Shown here: positions 49,823 to 59,948 of the stretch, one piece after another
How the letters are laid out: each line of letters begins with the position of its first letter
Numbering within the stretch: position 1 is the stretch's first letter
NCBI GenBank assembly: GCA_963748185.1
Contig: CAVVID010000018.1
Span: forward strand, 6,629 to 70,628
Origin: an uncultured Actinomycetota bacterium
GTDB taxonomy: Bacteria > Actinomycetota > Actinomycetes > Propionibacteriales > Nocardioidaceae
Direction: 5' to 3'
Length of the DNA stretch: 64,000 bases
Notes under the pieces: model-generated
The model's database searches: none
Told to the model about the DNA's origin: nothing
The model's input: the letters and a program-made list of their open reading frames with translations, nothing else
Translations under genes and position numbers: made by a program

Positions 49823-51010
49823 TCAGGCGGCGAGGACCGTCTCGTGGCAGGCGCGGATGGGTGCCGTGCTCTCCCCGGGCGCGAGCTCGTAGCCGCACAG
49901 CAGCGGGAAGGGCTGCTTGGCCCGCAGCTCGTTCCAGCAGGCCTCGAGCTCGAGGGCCAGGTTGGCCTCGCTCCGGCGCCAGTAGAGGTCCACGATCTCG
50001 CCGAACACCCGGAACGCGCGCCACCGACTGCTGACCCGTTCGACGGTCTTGCCGATGAGCGCGTCGAAGCGTTTGCGGTCGATGTGGTGGAACCCCGGCA
50101 GCTCCTCGTGGAGCATGCCGGCATCGAGCGGGACGAGCTGTCCGGACGCGATGGCGGCGGCAGAGTCGATGCCCATCGCGCCCAGCCGTGACTCCAGCAG
50201 GCGGAGGTGCGCAGGAGTCGCGGCCACCAGTACCGCCTCGCCCTCCGCGAGCCCGTTGGTGACATAGGCGACGAGACTCTCCGCGAGCCGTTCCTCTGTG
50301 TCCCAGAAGGCAACGGAGTGACCGGCGTGTGCCACGTCCGCGCCGATCTCGGCAGAGGGAACGGGGAGGGCGGGGAACGTCGCCGTGAACCGGGTGCCGT
50401 CGGTGCCGTCGTACTCGATGGTGCCGCCCATGGCGTCGCAGAGCTGGCGCACGATCAGCAGGCCGAGTCCGCTGCCACCGAAGCGGTGGGACTGCGTGCC
50501 GTGGATGTAGGCCTCGAAGAGCGAGGGGACCAGATCATCATGGACGCCGGGCCCGTCGTCGCTCACGGTGAGCTGGACCGATCCGCCGCTGCGGGCGGCG
50601 CTCACGCGAACGTTCGGGCCACCGTAGCGAAGGGCGTTCGTGACGAGGTTGTCCAGCACCTGGGTGATCCGGACCGGGTCCGCGACCACGACTGCGTCAT
50701 CGGCGACATCGAGCGTGATCTGTGCGCCGAGTCCGGGTGCGCGCTCGGCGAGGAGCTCCCGGCAGATGTCCGGCAGCGAGACTGCCTCGAGACAGAGGTC
50801 GAGCTGGTCGCGCTCGGCGAGATTGGACTTGGACAGGTCCCCGAGCAGGCGGACCAGCATGTCGCTGCGCCGGACCATCATCTCGGCGAGGTGGGCCACC
50901 ACGCCGGGTGGCAGGGTCGTGCGGTTCTCGTGCAGCTGGACGGCCGCCTGCTGCAGCACCAGCGCGGTGTTCTGCATGTCGTGGATCAGCTCAGCATCGA
51001 CGTCCCTCAT
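49823..51010 (-). CDS. Soluble histidine kinase-like protein with C-terminal MEDS domain
   Basis: ELIHDMQN (H-box-like), DPVRITQVLDNLVTNALRYG, VSDDGPG, GSGLGL; C-terminal HSVAFW...GLAEGEAVLVAATPAH...RVFGEIVDLYW...LEACWNEL...LLCGY. Confidence 0.82.
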   Translation of the reverse strand: MRDVDAELIHDMQNTALVLQQAAVQLHENRTTLPPGVVAHLAEMMVRRSDMLVRLLGDLSKSNLAERDQLDLCLEAVSLPDICRELLAERAPGLGAQITLDVADDAVVVADPVRITQVLDNLVTNALRYGGPNVRVSAARSGGSVQLTVSDDGPGVHDDLVPSLFEAYIHGTQSHRFGGSGLGLLIVRQLCDAMGGTIEYDGTDGTRFTATFPALPVPSAEIGADVAHAGHSVAFWDTEERLAESLVAYVTNGLAEGEAVLVAATPAHLRLLESRLGAMGIDSAAAIASGQLVPLDAGMLHEELPGFHHIDRKRFDALIGKTVERVSSRWRAFRVFGEIVDLYWRRSEANLALELEACWNELRAKQPFPLLCGYELAPGESTAPIRACHETVLAA

Positions 51011-51079
51011 GACACCTCTCCCGCGGCTTCAGGGGAGCAGTCTAGGTCCGGTGTCAACGATCGTCCTAGGCTGACTGTC

Positions 51080-51736
51080 ATGGAGAAGCCAGTGCTGTTC
51101 GTGGTCGCCGCAGGACCTGGCGTGAGCGGATCCGTCGCCCGGAGGTTCGCTCGGGAGGGGTACGACGCGGCGCTGATCGGGCTCGACGAGACCGTGCTCG
51201 AGGAGCTTGCCGAGTCCCTCCGCGGCGAAGGGGTGGAGGCTTCATGGCGCGCGGTCGACATCACCGACGCCGAGGCGTTCGCTGCCGCGGCGACCGAGCT
51301 CGGTGAGGCCGCGGGCCGGATCGACGTGCTGCACTTCAACCCGAGTGCCTTCCGGCAGAAGACGCCGTTGGAGCTGACCCCCGAAGAGCTCGCTGCCGAC
51401 GTCCAGGTAGGGGTCGGCGCCCTGCTGACCGCCGTACAGTCCGCGAGGCCGTTCATGAGGTCCGGCGGGCGGGTCACCGCCACCGGCAGCATGGCGGCCG
51501 ACAAACCGTGGAACGAGGCCGCCAGCCTCGGCGTACAGAAGGCCGGGCTGCGCAACCTGATCCACAGCATCGACACGACCCTGAAGCCGGACGGGATCCG
51601 GGCCGTCTCGGTGACCGTCCGCGGCACGCTCGGCAGGGAAGGGCCGTTCACGCCGGACCGGGTGGCCGAGGCGATCTTCGAGGCCGCGGCACAGGACGAG
51701 GACGGCTGGCGCACCGAGATCCCCTACACCGGCTAG
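51080..51736 (+). CDS. Short-chain dehydrogenase/reductase (atypical, no catalytic Tyr)
   Basis: AAGPGVSGSVARRFAREG, LGVQKAGLRNL. Confidence 0.85.
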   Translation: MEKPVLFVVAAGPGVSGSVARRFAREGYDAALIGLDETVLEELAESLRGEGVEASWRAVDITDAEAFAAAATELGEAAGRIDVLHFNPSAFRQKTPLELTPEELAADVQVGVGALLTAVQSARPFMRSGGRVTATGSMAADKPWNEAASLGVQKAGLRNLIHSIDTTLKPDGIRAVSVTVRGTLGREGPFTPDRVAEAIFEAAAQDEDGWRTEIPYTG

Positions 51737-51743
51737 CGAGAGC

Positions 51744-52841
51744 TCATCGCCGCTCGGGGATCTCGAGGACGGCGCCTGCGTCCGGCGTCGAGGGGAACTT
51801 GACCTTGTGCCCGAAGCGTTCGCGGAGGTCGGGGTCTGCCCAGCGGCGGGTGCGCTCGTTCTCGTAGTTGAACCACAGGGTGAGTCCCTTGGGGCCGCCG
51901 AGGACGACCCGTGCGATCGCGACGTCGTCGGGATGGTTGAACGTGTCGCCGTTGCTCGAGACGACGTAGTGCCTGGCCGGTGCGGCTGCGACCAGGGCAG
52001 TCGCGAGGTTCGCCTGGCTTCCGTGGTGCGGGAGCTTGAACGCGTCGATCTCGATGGCCTCGACACCGCGGGCCCTCGCGAGGCCGGTGAGCCCTTCACT
52101 GAGCACCTTGCTGAACCCGTCGCCGGAGAGCAGGCAGCTGGCCCCACGATGCTCGAGCAGCAGTCCGATGCTGCTGCCGTTGGGTGCGGACCCGTCGCTG
52201 GACGACTTCTTCGCGGCGAGCGACTCCAGGTCGTCCAGCTTTCCCAGCGGCGCCAGCTCCCGGGGTGGTGCGACCTCCGGCTCACCCTCGAGCGCCCTCT
52301 TGATCGCCTTGCGCCACTCGGTCCGGAGACTGCTCAGCCGCTTGAGCGTGGGGGAGAGGACGGTGATCCGCGGCCCGTCCTCGGGGGTCAGCTCGATGAA
52401 CTGGCCCGGCTCAGCCGTGGCGACCGGTCCACCGTCGAAGGCGGTGTTCCACTTGAACGCCGGGCCCTGACCCTCGCCGGACAGCGCCTGCGTCACGCTC
52501 TCGCCCTGCCCCACGCTTCGGGGCGCACGATCGTCCGGAGCCGGCAGGTGCTTGAAGGCGTTGAACCACACCTGGCCGACGTTCTGTCGCGCGAACTCGC
52601 TCTGGAAGAACGGGAGCATCCCGCCGATGTGGTCGCTGTCGATATGGGTGATCGCCACGACGTCGAGGTGACGCTCGTCGGCCGGGAGCCGTTCCAGCCG
52701 GGCGGCCAGCAACGGCCACGTGTCGGACGGCCCGCCGTCGATGAGCATTCGCCACGGGCGAGCGCGGGGACGCATGCACTCGACCAGCAGGCAGTCGCCC
52801 AGCCGTGCGGGGAGTGCCTCGATGCGGATTGCGGTCGCCAT
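51744..52841 (-). CDS. ComEC/Avs1a-type MBL-fold metallo-hydrolase
   Basis: LPARLGDCLLV, LIDGGP, THIDSDHIGG, NGSSI, LLSGDG, KLPHHGS, SSNG..FNHP. Confidence 0.88.
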   Translation of the reverse strand: MATAIRIEALPARLGDCLLVECMRPRARPWRMLIDGGPSDTWPLLAARLERLPADERHLDVVAITHIDSDHIGGMLPFFQSEFARQNVGQVWFNAFKHLPAPDDRAPRSVGQGESVTQALSGEGQGPAFKWNTAFDGGPVATAEPGQFIELTPEDGPRITVLSPTLKRLSSLRTEWRKAIKRALEGEPEVAPPRELAPLGKLDDLESLAAKKSSSDGSAPNGSSIGLLLEHRGASCLLSGDGFSKVLSEGLTGLARARGVEAIEIDAFKLPHHGSQANLATALVAAAPARHYVVSSNGDTFNHPDDVAIARVVLGGPKGLTLWFNYENERTRRWADPDLRERFGHKVKFPSTPDAGAVLEIPERR

Positions 52842-52845
52842 CTCG

Positions 52846-53574
52846 TCACGCTCCGACCGGGTGTGACACGAGGCTTCGTCCGACGGGGGTGAGCAGGCAC
52901 CGCGACGCCAGGCCGACGGTGTGGCCGAGCATCGAGACGTACCGGCTGGAGAGGTCGGTGAGCTGTCTCGTCGCCCAGATCGTCTCCGCGCTCACCCACG
53001 CGAGGTCACGGGCCTTGTCGATGTTCCACGCGCTGACCAGGTGCACGAGCGGGCCCACCTCGTCGTCGACGTGCTGGCCGATCTCGGTCAGGAACGTACG
53101 CCGGATCCCGGCCTCCGCCGCTGCCAGCAGGTCGTTGACCGCCTCGTAGTCCTGCCGGACGGATCGACGTCGCGGAGTCACGCCGCGCGAGCGACAGGTC
53201 GCGACCACGGCCAGCGGCAGGTCGTGCTCGATGTGCGCGTTCATCCCGGCGAGGGCGTACTGGATGTCGAAGAGGCCGGCGGTCGATCGTTCCTCGAAGA
53301 GCGGTGCCCAGGCGGACGGGACCTTGCCGCCTGCGACGGCCGTGCCGTGGGCCGAGAGCCAGAGCTCGGCGAAGCGTACGTCGAGCTCGGTCATGAACCC
53401 CACGTCCTGGAAGCTCGAACCCGTCTCGAGCTCCGCGGCGACCTGCTCGGTGACCCGGAGGTACATCGAGTTGAAGATGGCGACTCCGTCGTCCGCGGGC
53501 AGCGCGCGGTCGATCTCGCGCAGGCGGTCGATCACGACGCCGACGGCGCCCGGTGTGATCGTCGCGGGTGCCAC
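52846..53574 (-). CDS. DUF5995-family protein
   Basis: DGVAIFNSMYLRVT, F..ELDVRFA, PSAWAPLF, LAGMNAHIEHDLPLA, DYEAVNDLL, ARDLAW; GTG overlaps the upstream TAG. Confidence 0.82.
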   Translation of the reverse strand: MAPATITPGAVGVVIDRLREIDRALPADDGVAIFNSMYLRVTEQVAAELETGSSFQDVGFMTELDVRFAELWLSAHGTAVAGGKVPSAWAPLFEERSTAGLFDIQYALAGMNAHIEHDLPLAVVATCRSRGVTPRRRSVRQDYEAVNDLLAAAEAGIRRTFLTEIGQHVDDEVGPLVHLVSAWNIDKARDLAWVSAETIWATRQLTDLSSRYVSMLGHTVGLASRCLLTPVGRSLVSHPVGA

Positions 53575-55822
53575 TACGAGTCCGTCGTCCAGCCGAAGCG
53601 CTGGAGTGCCTCGAGCACGTTGCCGTCGGCCTGCGAGCCTCGGGTTCCCCTCCGGGCGGCGGAACGGGTTGTGGCTGGGGTGTGCTGTTTCTCCGACACC
53701 GCCGGGCTTCCGACCGCCGCAGTTCCGGTGACCTCGGCCGTGACGATCTCGGGTGGCTGGTCCTCGAGCTCGGTCGGCTCCGACGCGATCAGTGCACCGG
53801 AGCGTGGGGGCGGCCGGTGGGGTGCGTACTCGTTGCCCTGCTTGACCGTGTTCTGGTCGATGATCCGGAGCAGGACCGAGGTCATCGTCGCGCTGTCGTC
53901 GTCGAAGGCACCGTGTGCCGCCGCATCGGAGCGTGAGTTCGGGCCGGCGGCGTCCGGGGACCAGACAGCAGTTCCACCGACCTTCTTCAGGGCGCTCTCG
54001 AACGTGGTGCCCTTGACCTTGGTCTTGGCGCAGTGGGCCATGCCGACGAGCGGGATCTCGGTCTCCTCGCGCGTCGGCTCGAGCGCACGGGACACCAGGT
54101 AGAGCAGTGACTTGTGGTAGAGCGCGACCTCCCGCCCGCCGGTGACGTCGTCGAGCTCGCGGACCGGATCGAGCCCGAACGTCGTGAACTTGCGGACGGC
54201 TCCGCTCTCGACATGTGGCAGCACGCGCTCGACCCAGGTCGTCCGTGCGGAGTGCAGCGGCGAGGTAGGTCAGCGACGCGATCGGGATCTTCGCCGCAAC
54301 GAGCCGTTCGATGAGGCCCACGAGGAAGATCGACCCGGCACTGTGCCCGACGAGGTGCACCTCGGTCGGACGCTTCGGCGCCTGTGCGAGGTGCTCCTTC
54401 AGCTTGGCGACCGTCAGCGAGGCACCGGGCAGCTTGTCGGGGGGCTTGCCGCGGTAGTTGCGGGGGAGGGCGTCGGAGGCGCCGTACGCGTTCTCCTTCA
54501 TCTCGTCCCACACCCAGCGGAGCCGCTTCTTCGCTGTCTTCTCGACCATCCGGTCGACCTGTTCGAACAGGTTGAACGACCAGCCGGCCTTGGGCAGCCG
54601 GGAGCCGAAGAGATCGGTGAGCTGGTCGTCCAGGGTCTCGGTCACCCCGGTCTGCCATACGAACGTGACCGGGTAGACCTTGTTGGCGAGCCACCAGTTG
54701 AGCTGGCGCTGTGCGATGTCGAGGCCATCGGTCTCGCCGTTCAGCCCGCCATGCGCGTAGAACACGATCCGGCGCGGGGTCTCTGTCTCGCCTTGCGCCT
54801 CCGCCTCCCACTCCTCGTGGCTGGCGCGCATCTTGGTGAAGATCTGGTCGAGCTGGGCTGGAGAGGAGGTGAACCGGCCCGACGTCGAGAGCCGGCCGTT
54901 GTTGCCGACGTTCACAACGTGTGGGGCGAGCTTGTTGATGTCCGCGGCCGGTGCGAGCGCCAGGCCACCACCGGCGAGGGTGGAGACCTCACGACCGGCG
55001 CGCTGCGAGATGATCGCGGGCACTCCCGGCCGCGCGACCCAGGCGTCGTACCCCGACTCGAGCCAGTCGTCGTAGGGCAGCGTCGCGAAGCCCTTGTGGC
55101 CCCACTCGGGCCCCCAGGAGTTCTGCACCAGGAAGCCGACCTCGTTGTAGCCGACGATGCAGAACGCGTGCCCACCGAGCGCCTTCGAGGTGCGGGTCTT
55201 GGTGATCACGTGCATGGACTGCTTCTTGCCGCCCACGGTTCGGGTGACCGGCACGGGCTTGGTCCAGCCGTCGTGCACCGCCGCTGCCGCCGCCACCGCG
55301 GACAGCTCGCTGACCGCCGACTGCAGGTCGTCGAGCCGGGTGGCGTTGACCCGGTAGAAGGCACCGAGGGGGCGCTGCCGGGCACGCGCCGCGAGCTCCT
55401 CGTCGTGGTCGATGTCCGGTGCCGAGGAGGCGTCCAGGCTCGGCCAGTCGGAGTCGGTCAGCAGGCCGTGGTAGAACCAGCCCTTCAGTGCGCCACGCAG
55501 CGAGGACCCCTCGTCGGCGTCGCCCTGGAAGTCGTCGTAGCGCCGAGCCAGGGCATAGGCCATGTAGGGGCTCACGTGCGCCGTGTCGCCCCGGGCAGCC
55601 AGCGCGGCGTTCGCCATCGCCGCGACGGCGTGGCCGGTGCACGAGTTGCCCGACTGGACCATCACGTGCCGGTCCTTGGGGCGGCACTCGAGGGCATTCG
55701 CCCAGGGGCTGGAGCCGTGGTCGATACTCCAGGTCGCGGGCGTCGAACACGTCGGGCATGGCGTTGGCCTCGAAGGAACCGTGCTCCAGCTTGACCGTGC
55801 CCGGGGTCACCGTCTTGGCCAT
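53574..55822 (-). CDS. Papain-like C1 peptidase fused to an alpha/beta-hydrolase (~748 aa after correcting +1 frameshifts at ~55702 and ~54237)
   Basis: PDVFDARD propeptide-like start; Q-SGNSCTG (Cys), GGHAFCIVGY (His), VQNSWG (Asn); then FYAHGGL, HLVGHSAGS (nucleophile elbow), ELDD, YHKSLLYLVS, AHGAFDDD. Confidence 0.85.
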
Positions 55823-56079
55823 TGGCCACTCCCTCCGCTCCCGACACGCGTGCCCAAGTACAGCAGCCCCCGGCAGGGGTTTCGCAATGCCCGAGAGCCA
55901 CCGGGACTATACCGGTCGGCAATGGTGCTGCGGGTTCGCCGGAATCTATTGACTTGGGGTTCTGGGCGGACTAACCGTTAATTACGGAAAGTGGCACTTG
56001 AATGCAGGAGGGAAAGGGCCGCAGTCGGGGACTTGTCACTTTTCTCATACTTTGGCGCCCCGGCCCTCGGGAGGGCAAC

Positions 56080-58964
56080 GTGCAGGGGAGATGGACGGAG
56101 ACGCCAGTCGGGGGCAGCCCCGAGGCGGAGCGGCGCGAGTTCGAGCGGTTGGCGCGCGAGATCATGCGCGTGCAGCTCAAGACGGCGAAGGCCGCCAGCG
56201 CCCACGGGGTGCCGCATTCTGTCGACCGGGCGTTCCATGCGCGCTCCACCCTTGCCCTCGAAGACGCCGAGCTGCGGTTCGTCGATCTCCCCGAGGACCT
56301 GCGGGCGGGCTTCGCGCAACCTGACGCGTCGTACCCGACCGTGGTCCGGTTCTCCAACGCGGCCGGCGCGGGCCATGCGGACACCGAGCCGGACCTGCGC
56401 GGTGTCGCTCTCCGCGTCCAGGTGTCCCCAGAGGAGGTCCACGACCTCCTGATGACGAACTACCCGGTCTCCCATGCACGCAACGCCTACCAGTTCGTCG
56501 AGTTCGCGAAGGCGACAGCCGGGGGTCGCCTCTCAGGTGCACTCGGGTTGCTGAGGCTGGTCCGGCTGTTCGGCCTGAACGGGAGACGAGCCGGATGCTG
56601 CGCAACGTCCTGACCGGTCGGAAGCGGACGGTCACCAGCGTCGCCACCGAGACGTACTGGAGCCAGGGAGCGATGCGCTGGGGGCCGGACCTGGCAGTCC
56701 GCTACCTGCTGCGCCCGGCGCCTGACACGGCGCCAGCGTCGCCTGTACCCAAGGGCGACCCGAACTACCTGTCGACCGAGGTCGGCCGCCGGCTCGCGGA
56801 CGGGCCGGTGCGCTTCGAGCTCTGCATCCAGCGCTACCGCGACGAGAGGTCGACGCCGATCGAGGACACCGGTGTCGCCTGGGACGAGAGCGTGTCCCCG
56901 CCCGAGCCGGTGGCGGTCCTGACGCTGCCCCAGGGCGACATCACCACCGTCGACGCCCTGGCGCAGGCAAGGATCATCGACGCGACGGCGTTCAACCCGT
57001 GGAACACGACCGACGAGTTCCGCCCGCTCGGCAACCTGAATCGTGCCCGCAAGGCGGCGTACGACGCCAGCGCCGCACACCGGCAGGGCAACCGGTGGGA
57101 GTCACCGGTCCCGCTGCACAACCAGGTGATCGGGGGAGCTGCGCGCCAGGTGTTCCGCGTGGTGAACCGCTACGTCGACTGGCACCGTCTTCCGGCTCGG
57201 CTCGGGCTGCTGAACCTGGAGGCGTTCCGGCACGAGCTGCGCCAGCAGAACCTCATCGACGCCGGGCTGCCGGACGCTCCTCCCAGCCCGCGCCCGGTGC
57301 CGCCGGCCGCCCCTGCCGAGGAGACGCGACTGTCCCGGACCTACGACGGCAGCTACAACGACCTCTCCGACCCGGCCATGGGTGCGGTGGGTGCAGCCTT
57401 CGGGCGCAACATCACCCCGGTGCTCCGTGAGGACCTGTTCGACCAGCCGAACCCGATCGTGGTCAGCCAGCAGCTGCTCTACCGGGAGCACTTCATTCCC
57501 GCGCGCTCGCTGAACCTGTTGGCCGCTTCCTGGATCCAGTTCCAGGTGCACGACTGGGTGAACCACGCGCGGCGTCCGCTCGGGGAGGACGACATCAGGA
57601 TCCAGGTGCCCGAGGGCATCAAGTGGTCGAACACCCCTGGCGGGCCTCCTGAGGAGCAGATGCGGATCGCCGGCAACGTGCCCTTCCCCGACGCGCGGCC
57701 GCATCCGGTCAACCCGGTGTTCGCGAACAAGGCCTCGCACTGGTGGGACGGGTCCGAGGTCTACGGCACGGACGCGGCGCAGGCCAACGCCCTGCGGGAG
57801 GGAGCGAAGCTCCGGCTGAACGAGGAGGGCTACCTGCCGGAGGACACCAGCGGGCAGGAGATGACCGGCTTCAACGAGAGCTGGTGGCTGGGCCTCAGCA
57901 GCCTGCACACCGTGTTCGCGCGCGAGCACAACCTGTTGTGCGACGAGCTGCGCGCCCACTATCGCGGCTGGAGCGACGAGCGCGTCTACCAGACGGCGCG
58001 GCTGATCGTCTCCGCGCTGATCGCGAAGATCCACACCGTCGAGTGGACCCCGGCGATCCTGGGCACCGAAGTCATCGACATCGGCCTGAAGTCGAACTGG
58101 AACGGTCCCCCCTCGAACGACTGGCTGACCAGGCTCGGGATCTGGCTGATCGACAGCCACTCAGCGGTGGGCATCCCCAAGACGAAGCCCGACCACCATG
58201 CAGCGCCGTACTCCCTCACCGAGGACTTCGCGACGGTCTACCGGATGCACCCACTGCTGCCCGACGACTACCGCTTCGTCAGCCACGCCAACGGGGAGCT
58301 GCTCGGCCGCCGTGGCTTCCTCGACATCCAGGGTGTCCGGGCCGACGAGGAGCTGCGCGGGTTCGGCCTCGACAACGCGCTGTACTCCTTCGGGGTGGCG
58401 CATCCCGGGGCGATCACGCTGCACAACTTCCCTCGCTCGCTGCAGAACTTCGAGCGCGAGGGCGAGGTGATCGACCTCTCCGTGGTCGACCTGGTGCGCA
58501 CTCGTCGTCGCGGTGTGCCGCGCTACAACGACTTCAGGACCGGCCTGCACCGGCCGCGCATTCGGAGCTGGGACGAGCTGTCCGAGAACGAGGAGACCGT
58601 ACGCCGCCTCCGGGAGGTCTACCGGAGCATCGACGAGGTCGACACGGTGGTCGGACTGTTCGCGGAGACACCGCCTGCCGGGTTCGGCTTCTCCGACACC
58701 GCGTTCCGGATCTTCATCCTGATGGCCTCGCGCCGGCTGCAGAGCGATCGCTTCCTGACAGTGGACTTCCGGCCCGAGGTGTACTCCCCGTTCGGGATGG
58801 ACTGGATCGAGAAGAACGGCATGACCAGCGTCATCCTGCGGCACTGCCCGGAGCTCGCGGCGGTGCTTCCGCGGGGGTCGAACGCGTTCGCGCCGTGGCG
58901 TCCGGTCGTCCCGACCAACGCGTCACGCGCCAACGCAGGTGCGACCAACGGGGGCAGGCCATGA
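56080..58964 (+). CDS. Catalase-like domain fused to a fatty-acid alpha-dioxygenase (peroxidase-cyclooxygenase) domain, ~960 aa (frameshift near 56578)
   Basis: Catalase part: RAFHA, VRFSNA, DLRGVALR, DLLMTN, FNPWN, PLGNLNRARKAAY. DOX part: RTYDGSYNDL, AASWIQFQVHDW, WWDGSEVYG, EHN, PYSLTEDFATVYRMHPLLPD, RGVPRYNDFR, MASRRLQSDRF. GGAGGG RBS before GTG 56080. Confidence 0.9.
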
Positions 58965-59233
58965 CCACGCAGCAGGATCCCGATGTCGAGACCGGTCTCG
59001 GCGCACTCCTGCAGCGATCGCTGCTCGCCTCGATCTGGGGGCGTCGTACGCACCGGGTCAGCCGGGGGAGCTCGGTCGAGGCCGGCTCGCTGAGCTGGAC
59101 CTCCACAGAGCAGCACCAGCCGTTGACCGACCTCGAGAACGCCTACTACGAGAAGTACTTCCGCAACGGCATGACTGAGGCGCACCAGAAGCACGACGAC
59201 AGATGGCACCGGAACGGGTCAGGGGAGCAGTGA
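58961..59233 (+). pseudogene. Short ORF, probably an internally deleted member of a larger uncharacterised (nitroreductase-like) family
   Basis: LLASIWGRRTHRVSRG...S..PLTDLE joined directly to YYEKYFRNGMTEAH..HD..WH; ATGA and TGATG overlaps with both neighbours. Confidence 0.5.
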
Positions 59234-59944
59234 TGCGCAAGCTCGCTGTCGTCCTGGCCACGCTCCTGCTCCTCCTCGGGAGCGCAGGCTGCGGCGGCGG
59301 GTCGGAGGGTGGCTCCTCAACCGATGACTCGGGCAGCGTGGATGCCGATGCACCCGAGGCCGAGGACCCGAACGCCGAGGAGGCTCCCGACAGCTCCGGC
59401 GGCGAGGCCGTCGCTGTCGACCTGCCCGGCCTACCGATCGGCGGGGGGTCTGAGCCCAAGTCCAGCAGTGTGCAATGTGTCGACGTGGTGTGGAGCGGGC
59501 CACCGGAGCTGCCGGACTGGATGGGGATCACCATCACCGGGGTCGCCCTGCCAGACGGCTTCACGGAGACGTCCGAGTCGTGTCCCGGCGGGGCCCCGTC
59601 CTGCCTGGGTGGCGGCTTCCAGCTCACCGGTGACGGGAACTGCTTCGTCGCCGTAGCCCTCACGGGTGAACCGATTGGTGAAGACCCGTCGATGTCGTTC
59701 AGCTCCGGAAGGGTCAACTGCCCCCCGGACCGTGTCGAGCAGTGCCGGGCGTTCAAGGCGGAGGTGGAGAGCGCGGGCGGCCAGCCGATCCCCCTCCTCG
59801 CGCCGGACCCGGAGCCCGCGACCGGCGAGGATGAGGGCGAGGAACAGGGCGAGACGGAGCCCGAGAGCACCGAGGAGCCCGAGCAGCACCCAGGAGCCCG
59901 ACAGCACCGGGGAGTCCGAGTCGACCGACGACGGCGGGGGCTGA
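59233..59944 (+). CDS. Cys-rich lipoprotein with acidic repeat tail (frameshift at ~59884)
   Basis: MRKLAVVLATLLLLLGSAG-C lipobox; six further Cys; four 18-bp EPEST-like tandem units at 59857-59929, the second carrying one extra base. Confidence 0.75.
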
Positions 59945-59948
59945 GCAG

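Noticed and set aside
52846-55665. 939-aa ORF suggesting a C1 peptidase-hydrolase-DUF5995 triple fusion
   Set aside because: Artefact of the +1 indel near 54237. The true hydrolase C-terminus is in ORF 53574..54224, which ends at a TAG overlapping the DUF5995 GTG.
261-59944. About 15 frameshifts in otherwise intact genes (glcB, glcG, glcE, epimerase, USP, EamA, nhaA, GH26, C1 peptidase, catalase-DOX, lipoprotein) as programmed frameshifting or mass pseudogenisation
   Set aside because: They are scattered single-base indels, several in short G/C runs, with no slippery heptamers and no accompanying substitutional decay. One is an obvious extra base in an 18-bp tandem unit. Long-read consensus error is the simplest explanation.
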